A DNA stretch of 64,000 nt from Thermoproteota archaeon (GCA_027492205.1 JAOZFN010000009.1:64001-128000), one strand, 5' to 3'. Numbered from the stretch's first letter, positions 37,919 to 47,391 are shown. Numbers and translations are program-made. Notes: generated from the letters alone by a model not told the origin.

Positions 37919-39259
37919 ATGGTTCGCAGGCCGAAGATCGTGGTTGAGCCCCCGGGACCCAAGGCGAGGGAACTCATCGAGATGGATCGTCAGTACCTCT
38001 CGCCAGCCCTCACCAGGACCGCCCCCCTCGTGGGATACGAAGCCGAGGGGGTGTGGGTGAGAGACCCGGACGGGAACCAGTATTTGGACTTTGGATCCGG
38101 CATAGCCGTCACCAACGTGGGGCACAGGCACCCCAAGGTCGTCGAGACCGTCAAGAGGGAGGTCGACAGGCTCATCTTCGTCAACAGCTGCGACTTCTAC
38201 ACGATCCCCCAGGTGCACCTGGCCAAGAAGCTGACGGAGATTACGCCCGGCAGCTTCAAGAAGAGGGTCTTCTTCGTGAACAGCGGGACGGAGGCGGTGG
38301 AGTGCGGGATCAAGGCCACGAGGTACTACACCCAGAGGTACTACTTCGTCGGGTTCATCAACGGGTTCCACGGCAGGACCATGGGCTCCCTGGCGTTCAC
38401 GACCACCTCACCCGCCGCCAGGAGGCGGTTCCAGCCCATGATGCCCGGCGTGGTGCACGCCCCCTACCCGTACTGCTACAGGTGCCCGCTCGGACACAAG
38501 GAGGGCTACCCGGAGTGCGGACTCGCCTGCCTCGATTACCTGGAGAACGAGATCCTCGGGCACGTGGCCCCGCCGGACGAGGTCGCCGGAATACTGTTTG
38601 AGCCCGTCCAGGGGGCGGGGGGCTACATCGTGCCGCCCGCGGAGTGGGTCAGGGGTCTCCGGAAGATAGCGGATGAGCACGGCATAGTCCTCATGGACGA
38701 CGAGGTCCAAGCCGGCATGGGCAGGACCGGGAGGTGGTGGGCCATTGAGCACTTCGGCGTCGAGCCCGACGTCGTGATGATCTCCAAGGCCATAGCCGCC
38801 GGCTTCCCCTTCGGCGCCTGCGTCGCCAGATCTGAGATACTGGAGTGGGGGCCAGGGGCCCACGAGAACACGCTCGGCGGGAACCCGGTGCTGGCCAGCG
38901 TCGCCCTGACCGTAATCGACATCATCGAGAAGGAGGGGCTGCTCGAGAACGCCAAGAAGGTGGGAGAGCACATGGTCAAGAGGCTGAGGGAGATGCAGGA
39001 GAGGCACGAGATAATAGGCGACGTCAGGGGCCTCGGGCTGATGGTGGGCGTCGAGTTCGTGAAGGACAAGCGCACCAAGGAGCCGGCGACTAAGGAGAGG
39101 AACAAGATAGTGCAGGAGGCCTTTAAGAAGGGCCTGCTGCTGCTGGGGGCTGGCAAGTCCAGCCTCAGGTTGGCCCCTCCGCTGATAATCACCGAGGAGG
39201 AGGCGGATGCGGGCCTCGACATCTTGGAGGAGACGATAAAGGAGGTCGCGGGGAGCTGA
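37919..39259 (+). CDS. class III PLP aminotransferase (4-aminobutyrate/beta-alanine/ornithine aminotransferase family)
   Basis: YLDFGSGIAV, NSGTEAVE, FHGRT, EPVQGAGG, DEVQAGMGRTG, PLP Lys in ISKAIA, TLGGNP; ATG 37919 follows a GGGGTGA SD. Confidence 0.92.
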   Translation: MVRRPKIVVEPPGPKARELIEMDRQYLSPALTRTAPLVGYEAEGVWVRDPDGNQYLDFGSGIAVTNVGHRHPKVVETVKREVDRLIFVNSCDFYTIPQVHLAKKLTEITPGSFKKRVFFVNSGTEAVECGIKATRYYTQRYYFVGFINGFHGRTMGSLAFTTTSPAARRRFQPMMPGVVHAPYPYCYRCPLGHKEGYPECGLACLDYLENEILGHVAPPDEVAGILFEPVQGAGGYIVPPAEWVRGLRKIADEHGIVLMDDEVQAGMGRTGRWWAIEHFGVEPDVVMISKAIAAGFPFGACVARSEILEWGPGAHENTLGGNPVLASVALTVIDIIEKEGLLENAKKVGEHMVKRLREMQERHEIIGDVRGLGLMVGVEFVKDKRTKEPATKERNKIVQEAFKKGLLLLGAGKSSLRLAPPLIITEEEADAGLDILEETIKEVAGS

Positions 39260-39303
39260 CGCGGGGCTCCCCGCACGTCGTTTTATGTCAAGAAGTGAAA
39301 GTC

Positions 39304-40386
39304 TCACTGGATGATCTCCCAGCGCTCCCTGGCCTCTCTCAGCTCCCTCGCCCTCTGGGCGTCGCGCACCACCTCGTGAGCCCTTTCAGGTATCCTCAGC
39401 TCCTTCTCCACGCCGAAGAGGGGGGTCGAGAAGTACCTGCGCCCGTCGTCGTTGACCATCGTGGCTATCCTCCGCAGTTCTGGCCTCCTCCTGGACAGCT
39501 TGATCGCGGCAGCCACGTTGGCTCCCGAGGATATTCCGCAGAGTATGCCCTCCTCCCGGGCCATCCTCCTAGACATCTCGATGGCCTCCTCCGAGGACGC
39601 CAAGATGACCCCGTCGACCACCCCGAGGTCCAGGTTGTCTGGGACGAAGCCGTCCCCTATGCCCTCTATTCTGTGAGATCCCCACCTCCCCTCCGCGAGC
39701 ACCGGGGCCTCTGCGGGCTCCACCACGTAGATCCTGACCCGCGGATCCCTCTCCTTTAGGTACCTGCCGACCCCGGTCACGGTGCCAGCTGTTCCGGCCG
39801 CCGCCAGGAAGGCGTCCACCTCCCCGCCCATCTGCTCCCAGATCTCGGGCCCCGTAGTCTTGTAATGCGCCTCCGGATTGGCCGGGTTGGAGAACTGGCC
39901 AGGCTCCCAGTACTTGCCGGGGTTCTTTTCCTTCAGCTCCCTGACCTTCTCGAGCGCCAGGTCGACATCGCTCTCTGCGCCGGGCACGAAGACGAGCTTG
40001 GCGCCGTACGCCCGCATCAGCATCTTCCTCTCCTCGCTCATCCCCTCGGGCATGACTATGGTCACCGGGTACCCAAGGAGCGAGCCCACCCACGCGCAGG
40101 CTATGCCCGCGTTACCAGTCGAAGCCTCGATCACCTCCATACCCGGCCTCAGCTCGCCCCTCTCGATGGCCTGTCTGAACATCTCTAGGTATATGCGGTC
40201 CTTCAGGCTACCGGTTGGGCTGAAGTACTCCAGCTTCACGTAGATGTCGGCGGAAACTCCCTCTTCCTTTGGAATCCTCCTCAGTCTGACCATCGGTGTT
40301 AAGCCAACGGCCTGCGTGATTTCATCCAGCGCCTTTGAGTGTCTCAGCCAGTCTACTCCTCCCAACAAGACACCCACGACTCTCAC
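39304..40386 (-). CDS. cysK: cysteine synthase family PLP enzyme (fold type II)
   Basis: KLEYFSPTGSLKDR, EASTGNAG, QFSNPAN..AH, GTAGT, HRIEGIG, GISSGAN; exact start uncertain. Confidence 0.8.
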   Translation of the reverse strand: MRVVGVLLGGVDWLRHSKALDEITQAVGLTPMVRLRRIPKEEGVSADIYVKLEYFSPTGSLKDRIYLEMFRQAIERGELRPGMEVIEASTGNAGIACAWVGSLLGYPVTIVMPEGMSEERKMLMRAYGAKLVFVPGAESDVDLALEKVRELKEKNPGKYWEPGQFSNPANPEAHYKTTGPEIWEQMGGEVDAFLAAAGTAGTVTGVGRYLKERDPRVRIYVVEPAEAPVLAEGRWGSHRIEGIGDGFVPDNLDLGVVDGVILASSEEAIEMSRRMAREEGILCGISSGANVAAAIKLSRRRPELRRIATMVNDDGRRYFSTPLFGVEKELRIPERAHEVVRDAQRARELREARERWEIIQ

Positions 40387-40588
40387 GTCGACCAGGAGTT
40401 AAAAGATTATCCAATATTAATCGAACTCCCAGCCAAGTGGCTGTTCAGAAGAGGTACTGAATGTCAACCGGGTATAGGCCAAAATCAGGTAGCTGTAATT
40501 GGTAATCATGCGAAAATGGTTCTTCGATCCCTCCTCGCATATGTCACCAAGTTAAATCGGCCCCTCTCTCCCGCCGCATGTGGTAACC

Positions 40589-41560
40589 ATGAGGGTTGGG
40601 CTGATCGGCTTGGGAAACATGGGGTACCGCATGGCCGAGCGCCTTCTGGATGAGGGCTTTCAGCTGATCGTGTACAACCGAACGAGGGAGAGGGCACTCC
40701 CACTGGCTGAAAGGGGAGCAGAGGTGGCCTCAAGTCCCAGAGAACTGGCCTATCGGGCGGACGTGATCATAGACATGGTCAGCGACGAGGCGGCGGTCAG
40801 GAATACGCTCTTGTCCGAGGATGGAGCCATCTACGGGGCCAGGCCCGGGGCGGTGGTGGTAGAGATGAGCACCCTCTACCCGCAGTTCGTCAGGGAGCTG
40901 GAGGAGGCGGCGAGGGAGAGGGATATAGGTCTGCTAGACGCCCCCGTGCTGGGCAGCACGACGCAGGCCAGAGAGGGTAGGCTGTCCATCATGGTAGGCG
41001 GCGATGAGGATGTCTACGAGAGGGCTCGCCCCGTTCTGGACGCGCTCGGCTCACACAGGCTGGTCGGGCCAGTCGGGATGGGGACTGCCTACAAGCTCGT
41101 GATAAACGCCATCCTGATCTCCATGGTCGGTGTCATGGCGGAGGGGCTCGCCCTCGCCGAGGCGATGGGCGTGGACCCGGAGTCGGCGCTTGAGGTGATG
41201 GGGGAGCACCCCGTGGGCAAGGCGGCCGGGTACTACTGGAGGAGGATGTTGGACGACTCCGCCCCAGTGAGGTTCGCCCTCAGGCTGGCCGAGAAGGACA
41301 TGAGGTACGTGCTCCGGACGGCGGCGGATCTCCTCAGGGAGCTTCCAATCATGGCGGAGGTCCAGCAGACCTTCCTTCGCGCGAAGAGGCTCGGCCTGGG
41401 AGATCTCGACTACTCGAAAGTGTTCAGATCGCTGGGGGACCGATCCCCGAGGCCCCCATCTAATAATCAACCATTCAGACCCGAAGGAGCACCTTCATCG
41501 ACCTCTTCGCCTCCTCGAAGGCCTCCTCGACCCTCTCCAGAGGATAAATCGCTGAGATGA
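40589..41560 (+). CDS. beta-hydroxyacid dehydrogenase (3-hydroxyisobutyrate dehydrogenase / tartronate semialdehyde reductase family)
   Basis: IGLGNMG, YNRT, EMST, DAPVLG, catalytic KLVIN, KDM. Confidence 0.9.
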   Translation: MRVGLIGLGNMGYRMAERLLDEGFQLIVYNRTRERALPLAERGAEVASSPRELAYRADVIIDMVSDEAAVRNTLLSEDGAIYGARPGAVVVEMSTLYPQFVRELEEAARERDIGLLDAPVLGSTTQAREGRLSIMVGGDEDVYERARPVLDALGSHRLVGPVGMGTAYKLVINAILISMVGVMAEGLALAEAMGVDPESALEVMGEHPVGKAAGYYWRRMLDDSAPVRFALRLAEKDMRYVLRTAADLLRELPIMAEVQQTFLRAKRLGLGDLDYSKVFRSLGDRSPRPPSNNQPFRPEGAPSSTSSPPRRPPRPSPEDKSLR

Positions 41561-42407
41561 GGTCGTCCACCCTCACCAGCCCGCGCCTGAGGAGCGAGAT
41601 CGCCGCCTCAAATGGCCCGCACCTGCTCCCCACTACTCTCACCTCCTTCACCACCAGGGATGGATCGACCACGGCGCCCTCCGCGGTGGTGGACTTCAGA
41701 ACGACCGTTCCCATCGGTTTGACCAGGCGCAGGGCCGTCTTCAGACCTTCTGGCCTGCCAGTGCACTCGACGACCACGTCTGCCGCGTTCTCTATCCCCT
41801 CCGCGCTGCCCCGTAGCTCCGCTCCCAGTCCGCGGAGGAGGCGGAGCTTCCAGTCGTTCCTGTCGATGACGGTGAGCCTGCACCCGGTGAGGGCCAGTAC
41901 CCTCGCCACCAGCTGGCCCAGCCTGCCCGCCCCCAGGACAACCGCCCGATCTCTGGGCCTCACCCGTGCGGACTCCAGCACCCTCAGGGCCGCCGCAAGG
42001 GGCTCTGTGAACACAGCCACCTCGTCTGGAATCTCATCTGGGACCGGATGGAGGTTCTCCTCGGGTATTGCCACGAGATCGGCCATGGCGCCGTCTCTGG
42101 TGAGGCCTATTACCTCTCTGCGGAGGCAGTGCTCCCTCACGCCGGCCCTGCAGAACTCACACTCGCCGCAGCCGACGTTGATCTCTCCGACCACCCTCAT
42201 CTCGGCGTACTTTCCGTACTGGGCCACGCCGACGAACTCGTGTCCCGGGACCCCGGAGAATCCCTTGTAGCCCCTGAGGAGTTCCAGGTCCGTCCCGCAT
42301 ATCCCCGCGAGCTTGACCCTAACCAGGACCTCGCCTGGCCGGGGCCTAGGGTCCTTGTAATCCGGGACGAACCTGACGCGCCCTCCCCCGATCACCGCCG
42401 CCCTCAA
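41475..42407 (-). CDS. zinc-dependent medium-chain dehydrogenase/reductase
   Basis: GICGTD, GHEFVG, CGECEFC...C structural Zn, LGAGRLG, GSRCGPF. Confidence 0.9.
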   Translation of the reverse strand: MRAAVIGGGRVRFVPDYKDPRPRPGEVLVRVKLAGICGTDLELLRGYKGFSGVPGHEFVGVAQYGKYAEMRVVGEINVGCGECEFCRAGVREHCLRREVIGLTRDGAMADLVAIPEENLHPVPDEIPDEVAVFTEPLAAALRVLESARVRPRDRAVVLGAGRLGQLVARVLALTGCRLTVIDRNDWKLRLLRGLGAELRGSAEGIENAADVVVECTGRPEGLKTALRLVKPMGTVVLKSTTAEGAVVDPSLVVKEVRVVGSRCGPFEAAISLLRRGLVRVDDLISAIYPLERVEEAFEEAKRSMKVLLRV

Positions 42408-42458
42408 ATCAACACCGAGGGGGCCGGGCGGGTGACACAGAAATAGGTGCGGGAGGGT

Positions 42459-43433
42459 TCAGTCCGGGACTATCCAGGTCCCGGTCTTCCCCTCCAGAGC
42501 GTCGAGGGCCTTCTCCAAGTGGGTGATTATAGCGGCCTTCCCGCCGGCCTCCTCGATGAACCTGATGCAGGCCTTGACCTTCGGGCCCATGCTACCGGGC
42601 AGGAAGTGTCCCTCCTCGAAATACTTCTTGGCCTCGGAGACGGTCATCCTGTCTATTTCCCTCTCGTCGGGCTTCCCGTAGTTCAGCTTGACCTTCTCCA
42701 CATCGGTGAGGATCACGAAGATGTCCACCCCCAGAACCTCGGCCAGCCTCTCGCCGGCGAGATCCTTGTCGATGACCGCCTCGACGCCCTTTATCTTCCC
42801 GTCCTCCTCGATGACCGGTATCCCACCGCCTCCGCTTGCGATCACTATGATGCCGCTGTCGTAGAGCTTCTTGATCGCGTCAGCCTCTAGCGGCCTGATG
42901 GGATCCGGGGAGGGGACGACCCTCCTGTAGGGCTTGTCGGCGTTGGGCTTCACCTTCTTGATGACCCACCCTCTCTCCTCCGCCAGCCTCTTTGCGGTCT
43001 CCTCGTCGTAGAACGGGCCCACGGGCTTCGATGGGTCCTGGAAGTCCGGGTCATCCTTCCGAACGAGAACCCTAGTGACGACCGTGGCCGCCAGCTTGTC
43101 GAGGCCCACCTTCCTGAACTCGTTCATGAGGGCCTGCTGGAGCATGTACCCGATCTGGCCCTGGGTCATGGCCCCGCACACATCCATGGGCTGAGGTGGA
43201 ATTCCAAGCCTCTGCCCCTCCTCCTGCTGAATGAGGAGCGCGCCCACCTGAGGCCCGTTCCCGTGGGTTATGGCCAGGTGGTACCCCCTCTGCACTAGCT
43301 TGGCCAGCTGGGCGGCGGTCTTCTCCACGTTTCGGAGCTGCTCCTCATAGGTGCCCTTCTCCTGAGCCTGCTTTATGGCGTTCCCTCCCAGGGCGACAAG
43401 TATCTTCTTCCCCAAGTCCGTCAAGCGCTTCAC
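42459..43433 (-). CDS. arcC: carbamate kinase
   Basis: [46 protein letters not shown]. Confidence 0.96.
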   Translation of the reverse strand: MKRLTDLGKKILVALGGNAIKQAQEKGTYEEQLRNVEKTAAQLAKLVQRGYHLAITHGNGPQVGALLIQQEEGQRLGIPPQPMDVCGAMTQGQIGYMLQQALMNEFRKVGLDKLAATVVTRVLVRKDDPDFQDPSKPVGPFYDEETAKRLAEERGWVIKKVKPNADKPYRRVVPSPDPIRPLEADAIKKLYDSGIIVIASGGGGIPVIEEDGKIKGVEAVIDKDLAGERLAEVLGVDIFVILTDVEKVKLNYGKPDEREIDRMTVSEAKKYFEEGHFLPGSMGPKVKACIRFIEEAGGKAAIITHLEKALDALEGKTGTWIVPD

Positions 43434-43509
43434 CTCCGAGAGCGACGAGGTCCGCCCTCCGGAGGGTTAAAAACATGTATCCAATCAGCCCCCCGAGGGT
43501 GGAGGGGGC

Positions 43510-44658
43510 CTGGACGGTGGAGATGAGGTTGTCAAGTTCTGCTATAGGCTTGTCCAGACTCCAAGCCTCTCGGGGGAGGAGGGCGAGGTAGCTGGCCTGA
43601 TCAGAGATGAGATGAACTCACTGGGATTCGACAGGACGTGGGTGGATCGGGCTGGAAACGTCGGAGGTTTGATCAGGGGGTCTGGGTCGGGGCCCGTGGT
43701 GGTCCTGGAGGGGCACATGGACACGGTCCCCCCAGGGAGGGCGGAGGAGTGGGGGGTCGATCCCCTCTCCGGGGAGGTCAGGGACGGCTGGCTGTACGGC
43801 AGGGGGTCCGTCGACATGAAGGGGGCCATAGCGGCCATGGTTCACTCCGCCCTCCTACTGGACTCGGCGGACGCGGACGTGTACATGGCCTTCGTGGTGC
43901 ACGAGGAGGACCAGGAGGGCTTCGGAATCAGGGTGTTCCTTGAGGAGGCAGGAATAAAGCCTGATCTCGTGGTCTTGGGGGAGGCCACGAGGCTCAACGT
44001 GGCCGTGGGGCACAGGGGCAGGGTCGAGATCAGGCTCTCCGCCGGGGGAAGGACGGCCCACTCCAGCATGCCCGATCTGGGGGACAGCGCGCTCTACAAG
44101 TTGGTGGAGGCGCTGGTCAGGCTCAGGGGGATCTCGGGAGAGCTGCCCGAGCACGAGGTCCTGGGGAGGTCCACCGCCTCTCCGGTTGCGATACGCTGCT
44201 CGCCCGGGGTCATTCCCGTCATCCCAGACTCTTGCGAGGTCCTGGTGGACTACAGATTGGTGCCTGAGGAGACGCTCGAGTCGATCCTGTCTAGGATGAG
44301 GTCGCTGAAGCCGGGAATCGAGGCCTCGGTCGTAACCAAGACCATAAGGTGCTACACCGGCCTCGAGGAACGCGTGAGGGCGTACTTCCCGGCCTGGTAC
44401 ATGCCCAGCGAGTTCGCGAGCCTGGTGGTGGGGGAGCTGAGCGGCGAGCTGGTGACTTGGAGGTTCGGAACGGACGGTTCCTACACAGCCGGGGAGGCGG
44501 GAATCCTCACGATTGGGTACGGGCCGGGCGACGAGACCCTGGCCCACAGGCCGAACGAGAGGGTCAGGGTGGCCGACCTGAGGGCGGCCGCGCGGGGGTA
44601 CGCCAGCATAGTCAGGCTGGCCGAGGATCACCTGCCTAGGGGCTCGGGCAGGTCATGA
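43510..44658 (+). CDS. M20 family amidohydrolase, YgeY-like
   Basis: LVQTPSLSGEE (upstream of ATG 43612), DRAGNV, GHMDTV, YGRGSVDMKG, VHEED..G, GHRGR, WRFGTDG, GPGDETLAH; start placed at CTG 43510 after GGAGG. Confidence 0.85.
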   Translation: MDGGDEVVKFCYRLVQTPSLSGEEGEVAGLIRDEMNSLGFDRTWVDRAGNVGGLIRGSGSGPVVVLEGHMDTVPPGRAEEWGVDPLSGEVRDGWLYGRGSVDMKGAIAAMVHSALLLDSADADVYMAFVVHEEDQEGFGIRVFLEEAGIKPDLVVLGEATRLNVAVGHRGRVEIRLSAGGRTAHSSMPDLGDSALYKLVEALVRLRGISGELPEHEVLGRSTASPVAIRCSPGVIPVIPDSCEVLVDYRLVPEETLESILSRMRSLKPGIEASVVTKTIRCYTGLEERVRAYFPAWYMPSEFASLVVGELSGELVTWRFGTDGSYTAGEAGILTIGYGPGDETLAHRPNERVRVADLRAAARGYASIVRLAEDHLPRGSGRS

Positions 44659-45082
44659 GGTCCCTGCTCACGAGCACCACTGGAATCCTGACGCTGTCGG
44701 CCAGCTTCTCCGCAGGACATCCTCGGAGGGCCCTCAGCAGGCCTGAGCCCATGGATCGAGTGGGGATGACCAGCAGGTCGTGCCCCTCCACGGACTCCAC
44801 CAGGGCGGTTTCGACGTCCCTCGACAGGGCCACCTTGGCCCTGGCCGTCAGGCCGTGCTCCGCCAGACTGCTGACCAGCGCGTCGAGCCACTCGAGCGCC
44901 TCACGGGAGGGCTCCCTCAGGGCGGAGGCCTCGAGGGGGCTCGTCCTGGGCACCGTCACCACGTGGAGTAGGGTCACCTCCGCCGAGGTCAGTCCGAGGG
45001 TCCCGGCCAGAAGGCCCACGAGGCACTCGGCGCTGACCGGCTCGTCCAAGAGAACCAGAACTCTCTTACCGGCCTCGCTCAC
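44636..45082 (-). CDS. universal stress protein (UspA domain)
   Basis: RVLVLLD, VTLLHVV, HDLLVI, LRGCPAEKL...IPVVLV. Confidence 0.8.
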   Translation of the reverse strand: MSEAGKRVLVLLDEPVSAECLVGLLAGTLGLTSAEVTLLHVVTVPRTSPLEASALREPSREALEWLDALVSSLAEHGLTARAKVALSRDVETALVESVEGHDLLVIPTRSMGSGLLRALRGCPAEKLADSVRIPVVLVSRDLMTCPSP

Positions 45083-45348
45083 TCCTCCAGCAGCCTCCCC
45101 ATCCTCTTGTGCGTGTGGAGCACGACGAGGCTGTTGGAGCCGTTGATGCCCTGCTTCTTCAGAATCCTCTTCACGAGGACGCTCCTGAAGTGCTCTATGG
45201 ACTCCGCCTCGACTATCAGGACAAGGTCCTGGTCTCCCGTGACCTCGAACAGGTCGACCACCTCGGGCATCTGCTTGAGTTCGTCGACCAAGGACTCCAG
45301 ATACTTCGCCTCGACATAGAGGTTGATTATCACAAGCATGGAACTCAC
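45079..45348 (-). CDS. stand-alone Lrp/AsnC ligand-binding (RAM) domain protein
   Basis: MPEVVDLFEVTGDQDLVL signature; about 86-89 aa; no HTH. Confidence 0.85.
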   Translation of the reverse strand: MSSMLVIINLYVEAKYLESLVDELKQMPEVVDLFEVTGDQDLVLIVEAESIEHFRSVLVKRILKKQGINGSNSLVVLHTHKRMGRLLEE

Positions 45349-47201
45349 CTCCTGAGGACCAACACCTTCCCGGGAAGCCTCGCCGACACCACCCTGGCCA
45401 GGCCCCTCTCTTTAGACTTCATGGCCCGCCTCGACGTGAGCACCACGACGAGGTCGTACCTGTCGCTCGCGCCCTCCATGACAGCCACTTCCACCGGCTC
45501 TCCGTACATAACGGAGGTCGTCGCGAGGATTCCCTTGGATCTCAGCATCTTAGCCGTCTCCGCAAGTAGGGCGAGCGTCCTATCGGTCTCCCTGGAGAGC
45601 TCGTCGGGTGACATGCCCGCGGGGTTGACGACGCTGAGCAGGTGAACCCTGAACCTCCCTCTGAGGCCCTCGGCAACGGCGCGGGCCACCTTCTCCGGAT
45701 CGTCGTAGGGCCTGAAGAGCACTAGGGCGTCCATGAGGTAGTTGGCGGGCCTGGACATCTCCCCACTTATCCTCCCGGTGATCGGAAGGCCCGCCGCCGT
45801 CCGGTAGGCCGCGAAGGCCACGAGGCCAGCCACGAACCACGCCGTTCCCAGGGATCGCCCGACCGGGTGGAGGGCAGCCACCAGGGCGAGCATCACGCCG
45901 GTGGCCAGGGCGCCCAGGAGCCCAACCAGTGGGATCTCCCTCCCACCGACCTTGATGGAGCCCGGCGCCCTCCACGGCCGGTAGGCGTCCCTGTCCAACT
46001 CCCTCAGCCGTATCATGGAGACGTTCACCAAGACGTAGGAGACGAGGGCCCCGAACGCGTACACATCCGCGATCTTCTCAAGACTGCCGAGCAGCGTCAA
46101 GAGCCCCCCGAGGAGGCCGAAGATCACTATGGTCCTCACCGGCGTCCTGAAGCGAGGGTGTATCGCCTTGAACCAAGAGGGCATCAGCCGGAACCTGCCC
46201 ATGGAGTAGACCACCCTCGAGACTCCGATTATCCCCGTGTTGGCGGAGACCAGGTTTATCACGAATCCGGTGGCAGCAACCAGCGCCGGGGCGACTCCGC
46301 CGATCACGGGGAGGGACTCCGCCAAGACGGTGAGGGGCCTCTCCGCGTTCTCGGCCAGGGGCCGCCAGCCGACGGTCCCCACCCCCACCAGGGAGAGCCC
46401 CAGCGCGAAGACCAGAACGGCGGCCACCGATAGCTTGGTGGCAAGCGGAATCCACTTGTAGGGCCTCTTTATCTCCTCGGCCGCCTGGGCGATGGACTCC
46501 ACGCCTATGAAGGAGCTCATGGCCAGCGTGGTGCCGTAGATGAAGTTCTGCTCCCTAACGCCGATGCCCGGTAGGTAGGCGACCTCCTCCCTCACCCCAG
46601 GGAAGCCCACCTGTGAGAGGTTCGCCCTGAGCGTTTCCGCCCTGACGCAGGCCAAGCCTATCAGAAGAAGGATGCCCTGAACTGCCAGGCCGAGGGAGAC
46701 CATTATCTCGTTCAACCTGGAGGACTCCCTGATCCCGACCAAGTTCAGCAGTATCAGGGCGGCTATCATGACTATGGAACACAGGGCGAACCCGTTCAGC
46801 TTGACGCCCAGTAGGCTGTGGGAGAATGAGGCTATTTTAGGGAAGAAATACGATAGGTAGCCAGCCGACGCCATGGAGAACAGGGCGATGTCCACGGTGT
46901 AGCTCAGGAGCAGGGCCCACCCCGCAACAAAACCGGCGAGGTCCCCCAGCCCCCTCGCCGCGTAGACCTGGGCTCCGCCGGCGTATGGGTAGGTTGAGGA
47001 CAGCTCAGCGTACACCAGCCCTGTGAGGACGTAGGCCACGGATGCGAGGCAGAAGGCAAGCGGGAGCCCTCCAGCCGCGTAGGCCGCCACCAGACCGAGC
47101 GCTATGAATATGTCGGCGCCGACATCGGCGTATCCCATGGCGAAGGAGCCGAACCACCCTACGTCCCTTTTCAGAGAGACCTCCCGCCCTCCCTCGGCCA
47201 G
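45345..47201 (-). CDS. APC-family amino acid permease with C-terminal UspA-like domain
   Basis: LKRDVGWFGSFAMGYADVG, YAELSSTYPYAGG, FIGVESIAQAAEE, SRVVYSMGR, HPRFRTP, RPWRAP; start placed at CTG 47201 (first ATG 47138 falls within TM1). Confidence 0.88.
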   Translation of the reverse strand: MAEGGREVSLKRDVGWFGSFAMGYADVGADIFIALGLVAAYAAGGLPLAFCLASVAYVLTGLVYAELSSTYPYAGGAQVYAARGLGDLAGFVAGWALLLSYTVDIALFSMASAGYLSYFFPKIASFSHSLLGVKLNGFALCSIVMIAALILLNLVGIRESSRLNEIMVSLGLAVQGILLLIGLACVRAETLRANLSQVGFPGVREEVAYLPGIGVREQNFIYGTTLAMSSFIGVESIAQAAEEIKRPYKWIPLATKLSVAAVLVFALGLSLVGVGTVGWRPLAENAERPLTVLAESLPVIGGVAPALVAATGFVINLVSANTGIIGVSRVVYSMGRFRLMPSWFKAIHPRFRTPVRTIVIFGLLGGLLTLLGSLEKIADVYAFGALVSYVLVNVSMIRLRELDRDAYRPWRAPGSIKVGGREIPLVGLLGALATGVMLALVAALHPVGRSLGTAWFVAGLVAFAAYRTAAGLPITGRISGEMSRPANYLMDALVLFRPYDDPEKVARAVAEGLRGRFRVHLLSVVNPAGMSPDELSRETDRTLALLAETAKMLRSKGILATTSVMYGEPVEVAVMEGASDRYDLVVVLTSRRAMKSKERGLARVVSARLPGKVLVLRR

Positions 47202-47233
47202 CTGAGATCCCGGTCAGCCCGCTGATGCTCAGA

Positions 47234-47241
47234 TCATAAAA
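47234..47241 (-). promoter_or_regulatory. TATA box for the APC permease operon
   Basis: TTTTATGA 33 nt upstream of CTG 47201. Confidence 0.5.
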
Positions 47242-47391
47242 GGTGATCGCCCGTGAAGCGGAGAGACCGATCGGCGAACCCCCTCTGCTAAACCGGGGGT
47301 TCAGACGCTATCCTACACTACCGAGATTACCGGTTAACCCAAACGGACCCGGAGCATTCCGCGGGTTAGATTGTAAAGGAGTAGGGGGAGG

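Noticed and set aside
47276-47302. 8-bp hairpin gaaccccc/gggggttc between AOR1 and the permease promoter
   Set aside because: A single GC-rich stem of a size expected by chance, with no supporting RNA motif.
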